Shown in pieces: positions 53,808 through 63,263 of a stretch of 64,000 bases of DNA. The notes under the pieces are model-generated. The model did no database searches and was not told the origin of the DNA. It saw only the letters and a list, made by a program, of their open reading frames with translations. A program made the position numbers and the translations under genes. Source of the DNA: Candidatus Nanoarchaeia archaeon (GTDB taxonomy: Archaea; Nanobdellota; Nanobdellia; CSSed11-243R1); assembly GCA_028713895.1 (NCBI GenBank), contig JAQTNH010000001.1, positions 181,808 through 245,807 on the forward strand. Direction: 5' to 3'. How positions within the stretch are numbered: position 1 is the first letter of the stretch; every line of letters begins with the position of its first letter.

Positions 53808-54692
53808 CTAAAAAAATCCTGCAACCGCGTGTTTTGCCTTTTTAAAATATGCACCAAATTTTTTAAAGCCTGAAACAAAATAATTTTTAATCTTCGTTCC
53901 TATCGAAATCTTTTCTTGCGCAGGCTTGTGCATTGACTCTATTGTTCTTTCAAGATTGATGTAATGGACGTCATCCTCTGTCTGGACTCCCTGCGCTTGG
54001 TAAATTCTGTCAAGCATCCTTTTAGCCAGACTATTATCAGGGTCAATTGACAAGGCATTTTGAACGTTTTTCCTTGCACGATCGTAGTTACCGATTTCGT
54101 AACATCTTCTGCCCTTTTTGAGATAGTCCACAATCTCAAGCCTCTGCTCAAGCATGCTGTATGGCCCAAGTGAAGAATGCCCTGATTTCACTTTCATGAG
54201 TTTCCGCACTATTTTTGGTTTTTTGACACTAATCCCAACGGCTTGTTTTTCTTCAGCAGCAACAGGCAATGTTTTTGTCTGTTCTACTTCTTCTTCAAGA
54301 AGCCCGGTAATCTGTATTCTTCGCGGTTTACGCAAATATGCTTCTTCAAACTGCTGTGCAGCTGTCTTTTCATAGACTTCTACAATTTCTATCTCGTCTT
54401 TAGAATAGATATACAGCTCTTCGGTTTCAGGCCCCTTTTGTTCGTATGTCGGATACTTATCTGCTGATTTTTCATAGATGTGCGCTACAAATTTATGCGC
54501 TTTTGTTTCCAATTCTTTTTTAGATTTATCCAAATTGTTAACGTCTGTTCTCAGAGCCAAAGTTACAAAAACTTCCGCTTCAGCAGCCTGTTTATCCTCT
54601 TTTGTAAAAGTATTGGTTACGCTATCAGACTCATGGTTAATCCCTTCATGTCCGTCTACAACAAGAGATGCAAGCGACATTTTAACCATCAC
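53808..54692 (-). CDS. Hypothetical protein with C-terminal TPR-like helices
   Basis: 294-aa ORF. Confidence 0.5.
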   Translation of the reverse strand: MMVKMSLASLVVDGHEGINHESDSVTNTFTKEDKQAAEAEVFVTLALRTDVNNLDKSKKELETKAHKFVAHIYEKSADKYPTYEQKGPETEELYIYSKDEIEIVEVYEKTAAQQFEEAYLRKPRRIQITGLLEEEVEQTKTLPVAAEEKQAVGISVKKPKIVRKLMKVKSGHSSLGPYSMLEQRLEIVDYLKKGRRCYEIGNYDRARKNVQNALSIDPDNSLAKRMLDRIYQAQGVQTEDDVHYINLERTIESMHKPAQEKISIGTKIKNYFVSGFKKFGAYFKKAKHAVAGFF

Positions 54693-54900
54693 CTGTCAGA
54701 TATGGAGATTCGCTGAAATCAAAATCCTGGTAAATCCGTGCTCTCATCTGTTTGAGTTCGTCGTGTGTTATTTCTCCGTGTATATGTTGTTTGTATAAAC
54801 CTACCAATGATTTCAAAAACAGTTCCATATCGTTAGACACTCTTTGGTATGGACCCACATTTTCCTCGTTTGCAATCCGGTTCAAATTCATTTTAATCAC
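54682..54900 (-). CDS. Hypothetical small protein
   Basis: 72 aa. Its end overlaps the downstream gene. Confidence 0.4.
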   Translation of the reverse strand: MIKMNLNRIANEENVGPYQRVSNDMELFLKSLVGLYKQHIHGEITHDELKQMRARIYQDFDFSESPYLTGDG

Positions 54901-55054
54901 TCTATATGTATAGACAGCCAGGGTACATTATTTCTTACAGAGAACTGTTTCAAGAGGCCTTAAGAATAACCCTAAAACAATGATGTTTAAAGGAAAAAAG
55001 CCCGAAACAGGTATTTAACTGTTCTAAGAGGTTTTTTTGCAGAGAAAAAATCAA

Positions 55055-55158
55055 TAGCCCCGCGCGGATTCGAACCGCGGTCACAAGGTCCAGAGCCTCG
55101 TATCCATAGTCTCTATCCTCGTCGCCTAGAATAGATTTGACCACTAGACTACGGGGCT
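55055..55158 (-). tRNA. tRNA-Gln(CUG) with a putative 32-nt non-canonical intron in the D-loop region
   Basis: Perfect 7-bp acceptor stem AGCCCCG/CGGGGCT plus discriminator A. T-arm CGCGG-TTCGAAT-CCGCG. Anticodon arm CGAGG-CTCTGGA-CCTTG gives CUG with U33. Variable loop TGAC. The gene is 104 nt. Removing 55106..55137 gives a 72-nt canonical tRNA. The 3' end of the intron (AGACTA) pairs with the exon D-stem strand (TAGTCT), as expected for a BHB-type substrate. Confidence 0.6.
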
Positions 55159-55192
55159 ATCTAAAAGATAAACAGAAATCTGGTTTATAAAG

Positions 55193-56242
55193 TTATTCGA
55201 AAAACTCAGGGTCTGCACTACCGAACAATCGCTTGTTCTCTTCCTCGTGTTTTTTGTTTAATTCATCGCGCAATTTCCTGTGCTGTTCGTAACGCTGGCG
55301 CGGAGTCGGATAATCAGGCATATCCATCTCCTTGCAAGGCTTGTTGACTTTCTCGACAGTCTTTGCCAATCGTTCAACATCGCCAGAACCTTTCTTGTCT
55401 TTAGAACCTTCAGGCGAGGCCTGTTGTGGCTCCTGTGCATTTTCAAGCTGCTCTTTCTTGCTTCGCTTGTAATCGCTGTACAGACTCCTGCTGTCCTCGT
55501 ATATGTTCTGCTCAAAGAAACTGAGATCGTTCCTTTCTGATTCGCGCAAATCTCGTATGGACTTGTTAAGCCCCCTTATTTTTACGCGCTCATAGGTCTT
55601 GCCCTTTTTTGAGTACGCTGCAAAATAATACATCTCTTTTAAAATAAAAACTCCAGCAGCTATGCCTAGTCCGATAGGCGCTGAGTATTCCAGCGGCAAG
55701 CCCAACGCTGTTGTCACAGAAGTTGCAACGGTTCCGCTTGCAAGAGGTATTGTTGCTTTTTGTATTCCCTTACCTATCTTTGATTTTATGCTTTTAACGT
55801 GCATCTTGAAATCAAATTTTTCATCCTGGCAGTCCTTTATCTCATCTGCAAAATCCTCGTAGTGCGGCCTTCGAAGACGGACATAGTACATTATCCTATC
55901 GTATATTTTTTTGTTGTAAATATGCTCAGGTGTTTTTTCGTCAAAACAATTGACTATTTTTTCCAAATCATCCTTAACCAGTTTAAGACTGTCAAGCCCC
56001 TCATTTGCACGGTCTATCTCAGTCTTGAACTCCTCGCGCTCCAAATAGGAAGTTGACTTGTTAAGAAGACCCTGAAGCCTGTATACCCTGCGCTTTTCAG
56101 CCTGGTACTGCGCGATTGACTCAACATATCCATAAACTTCGAATGGGCGAATCAATCTGTTATCATAAACTGTCTTGTCAAGAACCCGCTCTAAGTTAGC
56201 TGCAACCTTCTTCCCAGATTTAGAGCCAATTGTCTTTTCCAT
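55193..56242 (-). CDS. Hypothetical protein with one TM segment (349 aa)
   Basis: ORF. Confidence 0.5.
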   Translation of the reverse strand: MEKTIGSKSGKKVAANLERVLDKTVYDNRLIRPFEVYGYVESIAQYQAEKRRVYRLQGLLNKSTSYLEREEFKTEIDRANEGLDSLKLVKDDLEKIVNCFDEKTPEHIYNKKIYDRIMYYVRLRRPHYEDFADEIKDCQDEKFDFKMHVKSIKSKIGKGIQKATIPLASGTVATSVTTALGLPLEYSAPIGLGIAAGVFILKEMYYFAAYSKKGKTYERVKIRGLNKSIRDLRESERNDLSFFEQNIYEDSRSLYSDYKRSKKEQLENAQEPQQASPEGSKDKKGSGDVERLAKTVEKVNKPCKEMDMPDYPTPRQRYEQHRKLRDELNKKHEEENKRLFGSADPEFFE

Positions 56243-56345
56243 AATCGCACCCGTAATATACTATATACAGTCTTTACCTATAAATTTATCGTCACTGAAA
56301 GGTGAATATATTACTTATTTAATCCGTGAAATTGTGGGTTTAAAT

Positions 56346-57074
56346 ATGGTCGCATTGATAGCGTCAAAAAAAGACAAAGCAGCGCTCAACATATCGAAAC
56401 ACCTCTCTAATGTATATAATATAGGTGAGGAAAGCATCAAGACTGGGAAACTTCCTGAGACCAGCGATTTGTACATCTTTCTTTCAAAGCACAAGTCAGA
56501 GAGCGGGAAAGCAACACTGACTGCGCATTTTCCAGGGAACTTCGGGGAAGACAACAGCTATGGCGGAGAAGCAAAAACGCTGGCATGTAGCGCTCCGAGC
56601 TGGCATAAGGAGTTCATGAAACAGCTGTGGAAGCTCAGAGAAAGAGTTCTGGAATTCCAGATTGTGACAGAGCCGACGCATCACGGCCCAACAAAATTTG
56701 ACAAGCCTGTTTTGTTTGTTGAAATCGGCTCGAGCGAAAAAGAGTGGACAAATGAAATCGCCGGAAAAGTTGTCGCAGAAGCTGTGGAACAGACAATCAA
56801 AGCGCATCCGCACTATGAAAAAATCGCGATTGCATTCGGCGGAGGGCATTATTCGGAGAAGTTTACAGATTTGATTATAAATGACAAATATGCAATCGGG
56901 CATATTGCTGCAAAGCACTCAATAGATGACCTGACAGGGGATGTAATGGACCAAATGGTTGAAAAAAGCGCAGAGCCTGTGGAATACTGCCTGATAGACT
57001 GGAATGGCTGCAACCAAAAGCAAAAGATTATTGAGTGGGCAAAGAATAGGAGATTAGAGGTGATAAAAGTATGA
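56346..57074 (+). CDS. dtdA: D-aminoacyl-tRNA deacylase, archaeal DTD2 type
   Basis: N-terminus MVALIASKKDKAALNISKHL matches the DtdA family start, about 240 aa. The ORF-track upstream extension is rejected. Confidence 0.65.
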   Translation: MVALIASKKDKAALNISKHLSNVYNIGEESIKTGKLPETSDLYIFLSKHKSESGKATLTAHFPGNFGEDNSYGGEAKTLACSAPSWHKEFMKQLWKLRERVLEFQIVTEPTHHGPTKFDKPVLFVEIGSSEKEWTNEIAGKVVAEAVEQTIKAHPHYEKIAIAFGGGHYSEKFTDLIINDKYAIGHIAAKHSIDDLTGDVMDQMVEKSAEPVEYCLIDWNGCNQKQKIIEWAKNRRLEVIKV

Positions 57075-57337
57075 AACTGTTGAGAAGAATACCAAAAGAG
57101 GAGCTGATTGCAGACATTATATTTTTCATAATTCCTGCAGTGATTTCACTTCTCGTAGTAATCCTGTTTGACATGCACTGGAGCTTTTATCCTGGACGAG
57201 AAATACAGTTCATTTTCACGAACAAACTTCCATACCTGATTGCATTCTTTGCCGGAGGAACAGCAGGATTTTTCCTCATAAAACTGCTCATGTTCGGGTT
57301 CATTGAAGAAGAAAAAGCAATCAAAAAGAGGAAATAA
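57071..57337 (+). CDS. Small membrane protein
   Basis: 88 aa, 2 TM helices. ATGA overlap with dtdA. Confidence 0.45.
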   Translation: MKLLRRIPKEELIADIIFFIIPAVISLLVVILFDMHWSFYPGREIQFIFTNKLPYLIAFFAGGTAGFFLIKLLMFGFIEEEKAIKKRK

Positions 57338-57338
57338 T

Positions 57339-57842
57339 ATGGTTGATGTGCTTGTACAGATACTGTCCACGTTCGCGCTTGTGCTGGGTGTGGCTGGCGG
57401 AGAAGCGCTTGCATCACGGGCATTCGGGATGTTCAAGAAGCCGTGGATGTACTTGTTTGAAATAGTGGCTTTTGTTGTCGGCATTGTGATAATCTTCAAC
57501 TTTTTCTCGTTCACAGACTTCAGCGCAGTGCTTTTCATACTGACTTATTTTGCAATCGGTTTTTTGGTGATTCTGGTTGTGCGCGGAATAATGACTGCGG
57601 CAGGAGTTTTTGCAGAACACATCAAGGAAAAGGTGCTGAAAGTGCGGGATGAAAAAGATTATGTGCTTGGGCTGAACAAGGCGCTTGAGAGAAGGGGTTT
57701 TGCAAAGGCAGAAATCGTGCGGATTGCAAAAGAAGTGGGGTACAAGCCGGATTTGGTGGATGATGTCCTTATTTTCTTCGGCTACAAAAAAGCTGATAAA
57801 CCCAAAAAGACAGTTAAAAAGCAGAGAAGAAAGAAAAGGTAA
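57339..57842 (+). CDS. Membrane protein with a basic C-terminal tail
   Basis: Start MVDVLVQ after AGGAAATAAT. 3 TM helices. Tail KKQRRKKR. Confidence 0.5.
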   Translation: MVDVLVQILSTFALVLGVAGGEALASRAFGMFKKPWMYLFEIVAFVVGIVIIFNFFSFTDFSAVLFILTYFAIGFLVILVVRGIMTAAGVFAEHIKEKVLKVRDEKDYVLGLNKALERRGFAKAEIVRIAKEVGYKPDLVDDVLIFFGYKKADKPKKTVKKQRRKKR

Positions 57843-57885
57843 GGCTTATTAATTGTAAAGTAGTAACATAATAAAGGGGCAGCTT

Positions 57886-59958
57886 ATGGTTTGTGAACAA
57901 GAAATACGAAAGATAGGTAATAAGAACTTTCTTATGATAAACTGTCTTCACTGTGCAAACAACTCCTCATTGGGCAACATAACCTGCTTCAGACGCATTC
58001 TTGACAAAATCAGGGAGAATAAGGATGTAGACAGCATAATTTTCCAGCGCGGATACAAAAAAATCCTTAATCCAAGCTCATTCAAAACGCTAAGGGAATA
58101 TGTGGATGTGATTGACAGCATCGAGGACGAAGAAGAAATGTGCGACGCTGACTTTGAAGCGTTCTCAATCCTGAAATTCAAGATGCAGGAAGACCCTGTG
58201 GGCGCAATACTGCACCTTATGAACATAGAACCGTGCAAGGATGACAAAAAAGTTTTTGACAGCATCAAAAAGAAATTTGAAAAGACAGAAATCTGGAAGC
58301 TCGTGAATGAAAACAAATCAAAATACAAGGAAAACGAACTTTTTCACATAATTTTCAGGGACAGGATACTGCCCGGATTTGTCAGCTTTTATACAGAGGC
58401 AATACCGCGCGATGCAAAAATAATTGAAAAATATGAAATCGCAGGCTCAAGCGTGCAAATCTATGAGATGAATGAAAAACCGCATCCTGTTTACCACATC
58501 ACGCCAAAAGAACTGAACCTCGGACGAAACGAACTTATACTCCTCAACAAGGCATTCATGAGGCTCAGCAAGGAAGAGTTTGACCAGAAGCGCGGACAGG
58601 CAATATGCGAGAAAGTGATAACCGAGCTCAGCCCTGAGATTTCAGAAGAAAAGAAAAAGGAGCTTGCAGCTGCGCTGCGAAGATATTCATTCGGATACGG
58701 AATAATCGAAGTGCTTTTCCAGGACCCGCGGATACAGGATGTATTTGTAGATTCTCCGGGAGACAAGCAGATTTACATCAACCATGCTGACTATGCTGAG
58801 TGCGCAACAAACATTATACTGTCTGCAGAAGAGCTTGAGAAGCTCTCAACACGATTCAGGCTGATTTCAGGACGCCCGTTTGACGAGAGCTACCCGATAC
58901 TTCACGCCGAGCTCAAGGATATGGGAATACGTATCGCAGGAGTCACAGAGCCGATGACATTCAACGGAATAGGATTCGCTTTCAGAAAGCACTCTGTGCA
59001 GCCGTGGACAATGCAGCAGTTCATAAAAAACGGAACAGTCAGCGCAGAAGCTGCAGGACTGATTTCGTTCCTTGTTGACGGGCAGCAGAGCATACTTGTA
59101 ACAGGCTCGCGAGGAAGCGGAAAGACATCAATACTCAGCAGCCTGTTTGCAGAGATTCCGCAGAATTTCAGGATAATCACAATCGAAGACACGCCTGAAC
59201 TCCCAATTGAGGAGCTCAGGGATTTGGGATACAATATCCAGCACCTCAGGGTAAAGTCAAGCCTGCAGAGAGAAGCTTATGAAGTAACTGCTGAAGAAGC
59301 GCTCAGAAGCGCGCTCAGACTTGGAGAATCTGTACTTGTAATAGGAGAAGTACGTGGGGAAGAAGCAAAATCGCTTTTTGAAGCCATGAGAATCGGGGCG
59401 GCAGGAAATGTTGTCATGGGAACAATCCATGGCAGCTCAGCGTATGATGTATGGGATAGAATTGTAAATGATTTGAAAGTCCCTTCAACAAGCTTCAAGG
59501 CAGCAGACATTGTCATAAACTGCGCGCCTGTCAGGAAAGGGGAAAAAATAAAAAGGGAACGAAGAATTATCGGGATAACAGAGATAGGAAAGTTCTGGAA
59601 CGCAGACCCGCAGAAAGAGAAAGGATTTGTTGACTTGATGGTATACAACCGCTCACGGGACAGGCTTGAGGTTTCAAAAGATTTGCGAAAAAGCTATGCG
59701 CTAAAAACAATCGCTATGAAAAAAGGGATGTCAATGGCAGATGTGATGAAGAGCATAAAGACGCGCGCAAAGATAAAAGAAGCAATTGTCAAGGCGTCAA
59801 ACAAGAACAACAACCTGCTTGATGTAAAGTTCGCGCTTATGTCAACAAACAAGTTCATTGAAATCATGAAAGGCTTCAGGACAAAGCCAAGCTATCCAAA
59901 AGTCCTCAGGGATTTCAGGAAATGGCTTGCTGTGCAGCAGAAAACATTTAAGGGATAA
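57886..59958 (+). CDS. Type IV pilus/archaellum-type secretion ATPase (FlaI/ArlI/GspE family) with a long N-terminal extension
   Basis: Walker A GSRGSGKTS, Asp box ITIEDTPEL, Walker B/His box GEVRGEEA...TIHGSS. 690 aa. Confidence 0.8.
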   Translation: MVCEQEIRKIGNKNFLMINCLHCANNSSLGNITCFRRILDKIRENKDVDSIIFQRGYKKILNPSSFKTLREYVDVIDSIEDEEEMCDADFEAFSILKFKMQEDPVGAILHLMNIEPCKDDKKVFDSIKKKFEKTEIWKLVNENKSKYKENELFHIIFRDRILPGFVSFYTEAIPRDAKIIEKYEIAGSSVQIYEMNEKPHPVYHITPKELNLGRNELILLNKAFMRLSKEEFDQKRGQAICEKVITELSPEISEEKKKELAAALRRYSFGYGIIEVLFQDPRIQDVFVDSPGDKQIYINHADYAECATNIILSAEELEKLSTRFRLISGRPFDESYPILHAELKDMGIRIAGVTEPMTFNGIGFAFRKHSVQPWTMQQFIKNGTVSAEAAGLISFLVDGQQSILVTGSRGSGKTSILSSLFAEIPQNFRIITIEDTPELPIEELRDLGYNIQHLRVKSSLQREAYEVTAEEALRSALRLGESVLVIGEVRGEEAKSLFEAMRIGAAGNVVMGTIHGSSAYDVWDRIVNDLKVPSTSFKAADIVINCAPVRKGEKIKRERRIIGITEIGKFWNADPQKEKGFVDLMVYNRSRDRLEVSKDLRKSYALKTIAMKKGMSMADVMKSIKTRAKIKEAIVKASNKNNNLLDVKFALMSTNKFIEIMKGFRTKPSYPKVLRDFRKWLAVQQKTFKG

Positions 59959-59992
59959 TTTTAAATAGGCATATTCTTTTTAGGATTTTATT

Positions 59993-60064
59993 GGGTTTGT
60001 AGCTCAGCGGGAGAGCACACGGCTGAAGACCGTGGGGTCGGGAGTTCAATCCTCCCCAAACCCA
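59993..60064 (+). tRNA. tRNA-Phe(GAA)
   Basis: Acceptor GGGTTTG/CAAACCC, D-arm GCTC/GAGC, anticodon arm CACGG-CTGAAGA-CCGTG, T-arm GGGAG-TTCAATC-CTCCC, discriminator A. No intron. Confidence 0.85.
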
Positions 60065-60272
60065 CTAATCTTTTCTCTTGTAAGCCGAAAGACTTCGTCT
60101 TTGGCTGCAGAGACAAAATCTCCGCAGAGAAAACATTAATGAAAAGAGAACATATCACTTTCTTGGCAACCTACCTTCGTTATCAAAGAAGGCGGAAACA
60201 TTAACGAAAGAAAGGGGAACTACTCCGAATCTTTATAAACATGGACGCTTCTAATGTAGTATTGGTGGTGTA

Positions 60273-61040
60273 ATGACAAGATTCATTGTTTTCGCAAGCG
60301 GAAAGGGTGGGGTAGGAAAAACAACACTTACAACGAACCTTGGTGCAGCTATCCACAAGTTCGGCAAAGACGTCATTGTTGTAGACGGCAACATGAGCAC
60401 TCCGAATGTTTCTGTTCTATTAGGCATGCCAAAGCTTCCGGTAACGCTTCATGATGTGCTCGCTGGAAAGGCAAAAGCGCGGGAAGCAGTATACCTTCAC
60501 CCTTCAGGCCTGAAGATAATGCCTGCAGGATTGGGGATAAGCCAGATGAAAATGAGCCAGAAAAAGCAGCTGGCTCATGTGCTGAATGAGTTCGCGAACC
60601 AGACAGAATACATGCTCATTGACTGCGCAGCAGGATTAGGGCAGGAAGCAATGCAGGCAATGCATGCAGGCGACGAACTGATACTTGTAACAAACCCAGA
60701 AATCCATGCAATGACTGACGCGCTTAAAGCGTATGAATATGCAAAAGAAATAGGCATCCGCCCGATTGGAGTCGTGGTAAACAAAGTGCGCAACAAGGAA
60801 TGGGAAATGACAAAGAAAAATGTCGAGGAATTCATTGAACTGCCTGTCATCGGAATGATTCCAGAAGATGACAATGTAAAGAGGTCAATCGCATACAAAA
60901 AGCCGCTGGTTTATGCTTATCCGAAATCGCCTGCAGCACGGGCAATCAAAAGGCTGGCAGCATCCATCATTGGCGAGGATTACAGGATGCTTGAGCCGGA
61001 AACCTTTGGCGAGACAATTCTTAGACTAATAGGATTTTGA
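60273..61040 (+). CDS. MinD/ParA-family P-loop ATPase
   Basis: Deviant Walker A SGKGGVGKTT. Confidence 0.85.
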   Translation: MTRFIVFASGKGGVGKTTLTTNLGAAIHKFGKDVIVVDGNMSTPNVSVLLGMPKLPVTLHDVLAGKAKAREAVYLHPSGLKIMPAGLGISQMKMSQKKQLAHVLNEFANQTEYMLIDCAAGLGQEAMQAMHAGDELILVTNPEIHAMTDALKAYEYAKEIGIRPIGVVVNKVRNKEWEMTKKNVEEFIELPVIGMIPEDDNVKRSIAYKKPLVYAYPKSPAARAIKRLAASIIGEDYRMLEPETFGETILRLIGF

Positions 61041-61042
61041 AT

Positions 61043-61828
61043 ATGGCACGAAAGAAAAAAGTCGCGGTACTCCTGAGCGCCGGTGCTGCAAAGGGATTTG
61101 CGCACCTTGGTGTCCTTAAGGCACTTGAGGAACATAATATACCTATTGACTTAATTATCGGGACAAGCATGGGCTCATTGGTCGGGGCATGCTATTCAAT
61201 TGTCCCAAAAGCGGATTACTGGATTAAAAAACTAGCAGAGGTAACACCGCTCCATCTTTTCGATTTAAACGATTTCAAGATAAATCCGCGCGGACTGATG
61301 ACTGGGAATTCTCTGCAGCATTACATTGAAAAGCACCTGGGCATATCAACTTTCAGGGACACAATCATACCGCTGATAATCAATTCCGCAGATCTTGTCT
61401 CAAACAAAAGCGTGAAGTTTACCAGGGGAAAGATATCTGATGCTGTGCGCGCCAGCGGAGGGATACCTTTAATTTTTGATGTTGTACGGCAGAAAAACAA
61501 GCTTCTCGTGGACGGCTTTGTGATTGACCCTATCGGCATAAAATGGCTGAAAGGAAAATATGATTTGGTTATTGTGGTAAACGTAAATACTGCGAATGAC
61601 AACCTGATTACAGAAAAATCAAATGCTTTTGACATATTGCTGCGTTCAGTAGAGCTGATGCAGAGAGAGCTTGTGCACGAGAAAATAAAATGTTTGAATA
61701 ATGCCGTGCTGATTGAGCCCAATATGAATGGACTGCGATACACTGATTTCCACAGGGCGAAGGAATTTGTGGAGCGCGGATACGCTGCGGGCAAAAAAGT
61801 AATCAAACAAATCAAAAAGTATTTATAA
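61043..61828 (+). CDS. Patatin-like phospholipase family protein
   Basis: GxSxG (GTSMGSLVGA), a Gly-rich oxyanion hole (LSAGAAKG) and a DG motif (VDGF). Confidence 0.7.
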   Translation: MARKKKVAVLLSAGAAKGFAHLGVLKALEEHNIPIDLIIGTSMGSLVGACYSIVPKADYWIKKLAEVTPLHLFDLNDFKINPRGLMTGNSLQHYIEKHLGISTFRDTIIPLIINSADLVSNKSVKFTRGKISDAVRASGGIPLIFDVVRQKNKLLVDGFVIDPIGIKWLKGKYDLVIVVNVNTANDNLITEKSNAFDILLRSVELMQRELVHEKIKCLNNAVLIEPNMNGLRYTDFHRAKEFVERGYAAGKKVIKQIKKYL

Positions 61829-61940
61829 CACTACATTCTTTGAAGTATTATGGCAACCAAATTGATTCATTGCTAAAGAGAATTCTGAGATTTTGATAGT
61901 TGCGAGAAGTTTTAAAAGTACAGATTCCTCAAATAAGAGT

Positions 61941-63242
61941 ATGGAATACGAGACGCCGAAAGGCATGCGGGACTTTCTGCCAGAGGAGAAAATACTGCGC
62001 GATGAAGTAGTTGCAAAACTCAAGAAAACATTTGAGCTGTACGGGTTCAACCCAATTGAAACTCCTGCGCTGGAAGACTACAAAACCTGCACTGCAAAGT
62101 TCGGAGCAGGAGAAGAAGCTGATGTCCTGCAGGAGCTTTTTGCGCTGGAAGACAGGGCAGGAAGAAAGCTTGGACTGCGATTTGAGATGACATTTCCGCT
62201 GGCGAGAGTGATAGCCAACAATCCCCAGCTTGCAAAGCCATTCAAGAGATACGCAATGGGGCCTGTGTGGAGAAACGGGCCTATAAAGCTGGGAAGATAC
62301 CGCGAATTCTGGCAGGCTGACGTGGACATAGTGGGCACAAGCGAACTGAGTTCAGACGCGGAAATGCTAAGCCTTGCTGAAACAGCATTCAAGAAACTCG
62401 GGCTGGATATTGTAATCAAGGTGAACAACCGCAAGCTGCTGAAAGGCATGATGAACAGCTGCAATATCCCTGAGAAAGAACAGGATTCTGTAATAATCAC
62501 AATTGACAAGCTGAACAAAATAGGGCTTGAAGGGGTAAAGGCTGAGCTGAAAGAAAAGGGAATCAGCACAGACAGCATCTCAAAACTTCTGAAGCTTATC
62601 CAGCTCAAAGGAAATGCAAAACAAATCACAGCAATGCTAAAGAGCGAGCTGCGAAATGAAATCGCCGGCGAAGGAATCGCTGAAATCAATGCGCTGTTTG
62701 AGTACCTGAAAGAGTTCGGAGTGAAGAGTGCGGAGCTTGACGTGAGCCTTGCACGCGGCTTGAGCTATTACACAGGAACAATCTTTGAAGTTTTCATGAA
62801 AGAGGGAGAAATAAAGTCCTCGATTGCTGCAGGCGGACGCTGGGATGATATGATTCAGAAATTCGCAAACAGCAAGCTGCCAATGCCTGCAGTCGGAATA
62901 TCTTTCGGGCTTGACGTAATATGCGATGTGCTGAAACTGCAGGAGAAGACAAGCGCAAGGAAAAGCATTGTAAGCGCATACCTTGTCCCGCTGGGCACTG
63001 TAAAAGAATCCATAAAGATTGCGCAGAAACTCCGCGAAGGGGGAATCAATACAGACCTGGACCTTACGGGAAAGAGCATAAGCAAGAACCTTGAATATGC
63101 AAACAGGCAAGGCATCCCTTACGTTGCAATTATAGGCCCAAAAGAGCTGAAGGAAGATTCAGTCATGCTCAAAGACATGAAAAAAGGCGAAGAGAAAAAA
63201 ATCAAAACAGCTGAGTTGGTTAAAGCTTTAAAGAACAAATGA
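61941..63242 (+). CDS. hisS: Histidyl-tRNA synthetase
   Basis: Class II aaRS motifs, HisRS GGRWDD and an anticodon-binding C-terminal domain. Start MEYETPKGMRDF. Confidence 0.9.
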   Translation: MEYETPKGMRDFLPEEKILRDEVVAKLKKTFELYGFNPIETPALEDYKTCTAKFGAGEEADVLQELFALEDRAGRKLGLRFEMTFPLARVIANNPQLAKPFKRYAMGPVWRNGPIKLGRYREFWQADVDIVGTSELSSDAEMLSLAETAFKKLGLDIVIKVNNRKLLKGMMNSCNIPEKEQDSVIITIDKLNKIGLEGVKAELKEKGISTDSISKLLKLIQLKGNAKQITAMLKSELRNEIAGEGIAEINALFEYLKEFGVKSAELDVSLARGLSYYTGTIFEVFMKEGEIKSSIAAGGRWDDMIQKFANSKLPMPAVGISFGLDVICDVLKLQEKTSARKSIVSAYLVPLGTVKESIKIAQKLREGGINTDLDLTGKSISKNLEYANRQGIPYVAIIGPKELKEDSVMLKDMKKGEEKKIKTAELVKALKNK

Positions 63243-63263
63243 TTCAGGTAAAACGGTGAGAGG

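Noticed and set aside
53879-54375. Short plus-strand ORFs 53939..54169 (minus strand), 54154..54375 and 54243..54467
   Set aside because: They are antisense or overlapping inside the 294-aa TPR-like gene.
55055-55158. Alternative tRNA interpretations (canonical 37/38 intron with anticodon AGA, or two introns)
   Set aside because: Only the CTCTGGA loop, flanked by CGAGG/CCTTG plus TGAC and the T-arm, gives a contiguous canonical 3' half. It also matches the tRNA-Gln pattern AGCCCCG...CUCUGGA...UUCGAAUC. The AGA reading would need A34 and leaves no valid stem.
56175-56345. N-terminal 57-aa extension of the dtdA ORF
   Set aside because: DTD2 proteins begin at the MVALIASKKD-type motif. The extension would overlap the divergent gene 55193..56242.
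62078-63110. Minus-strand ORFs 62078..62689 and 62637..63110
   Set aside because: They are antisense within hisS.
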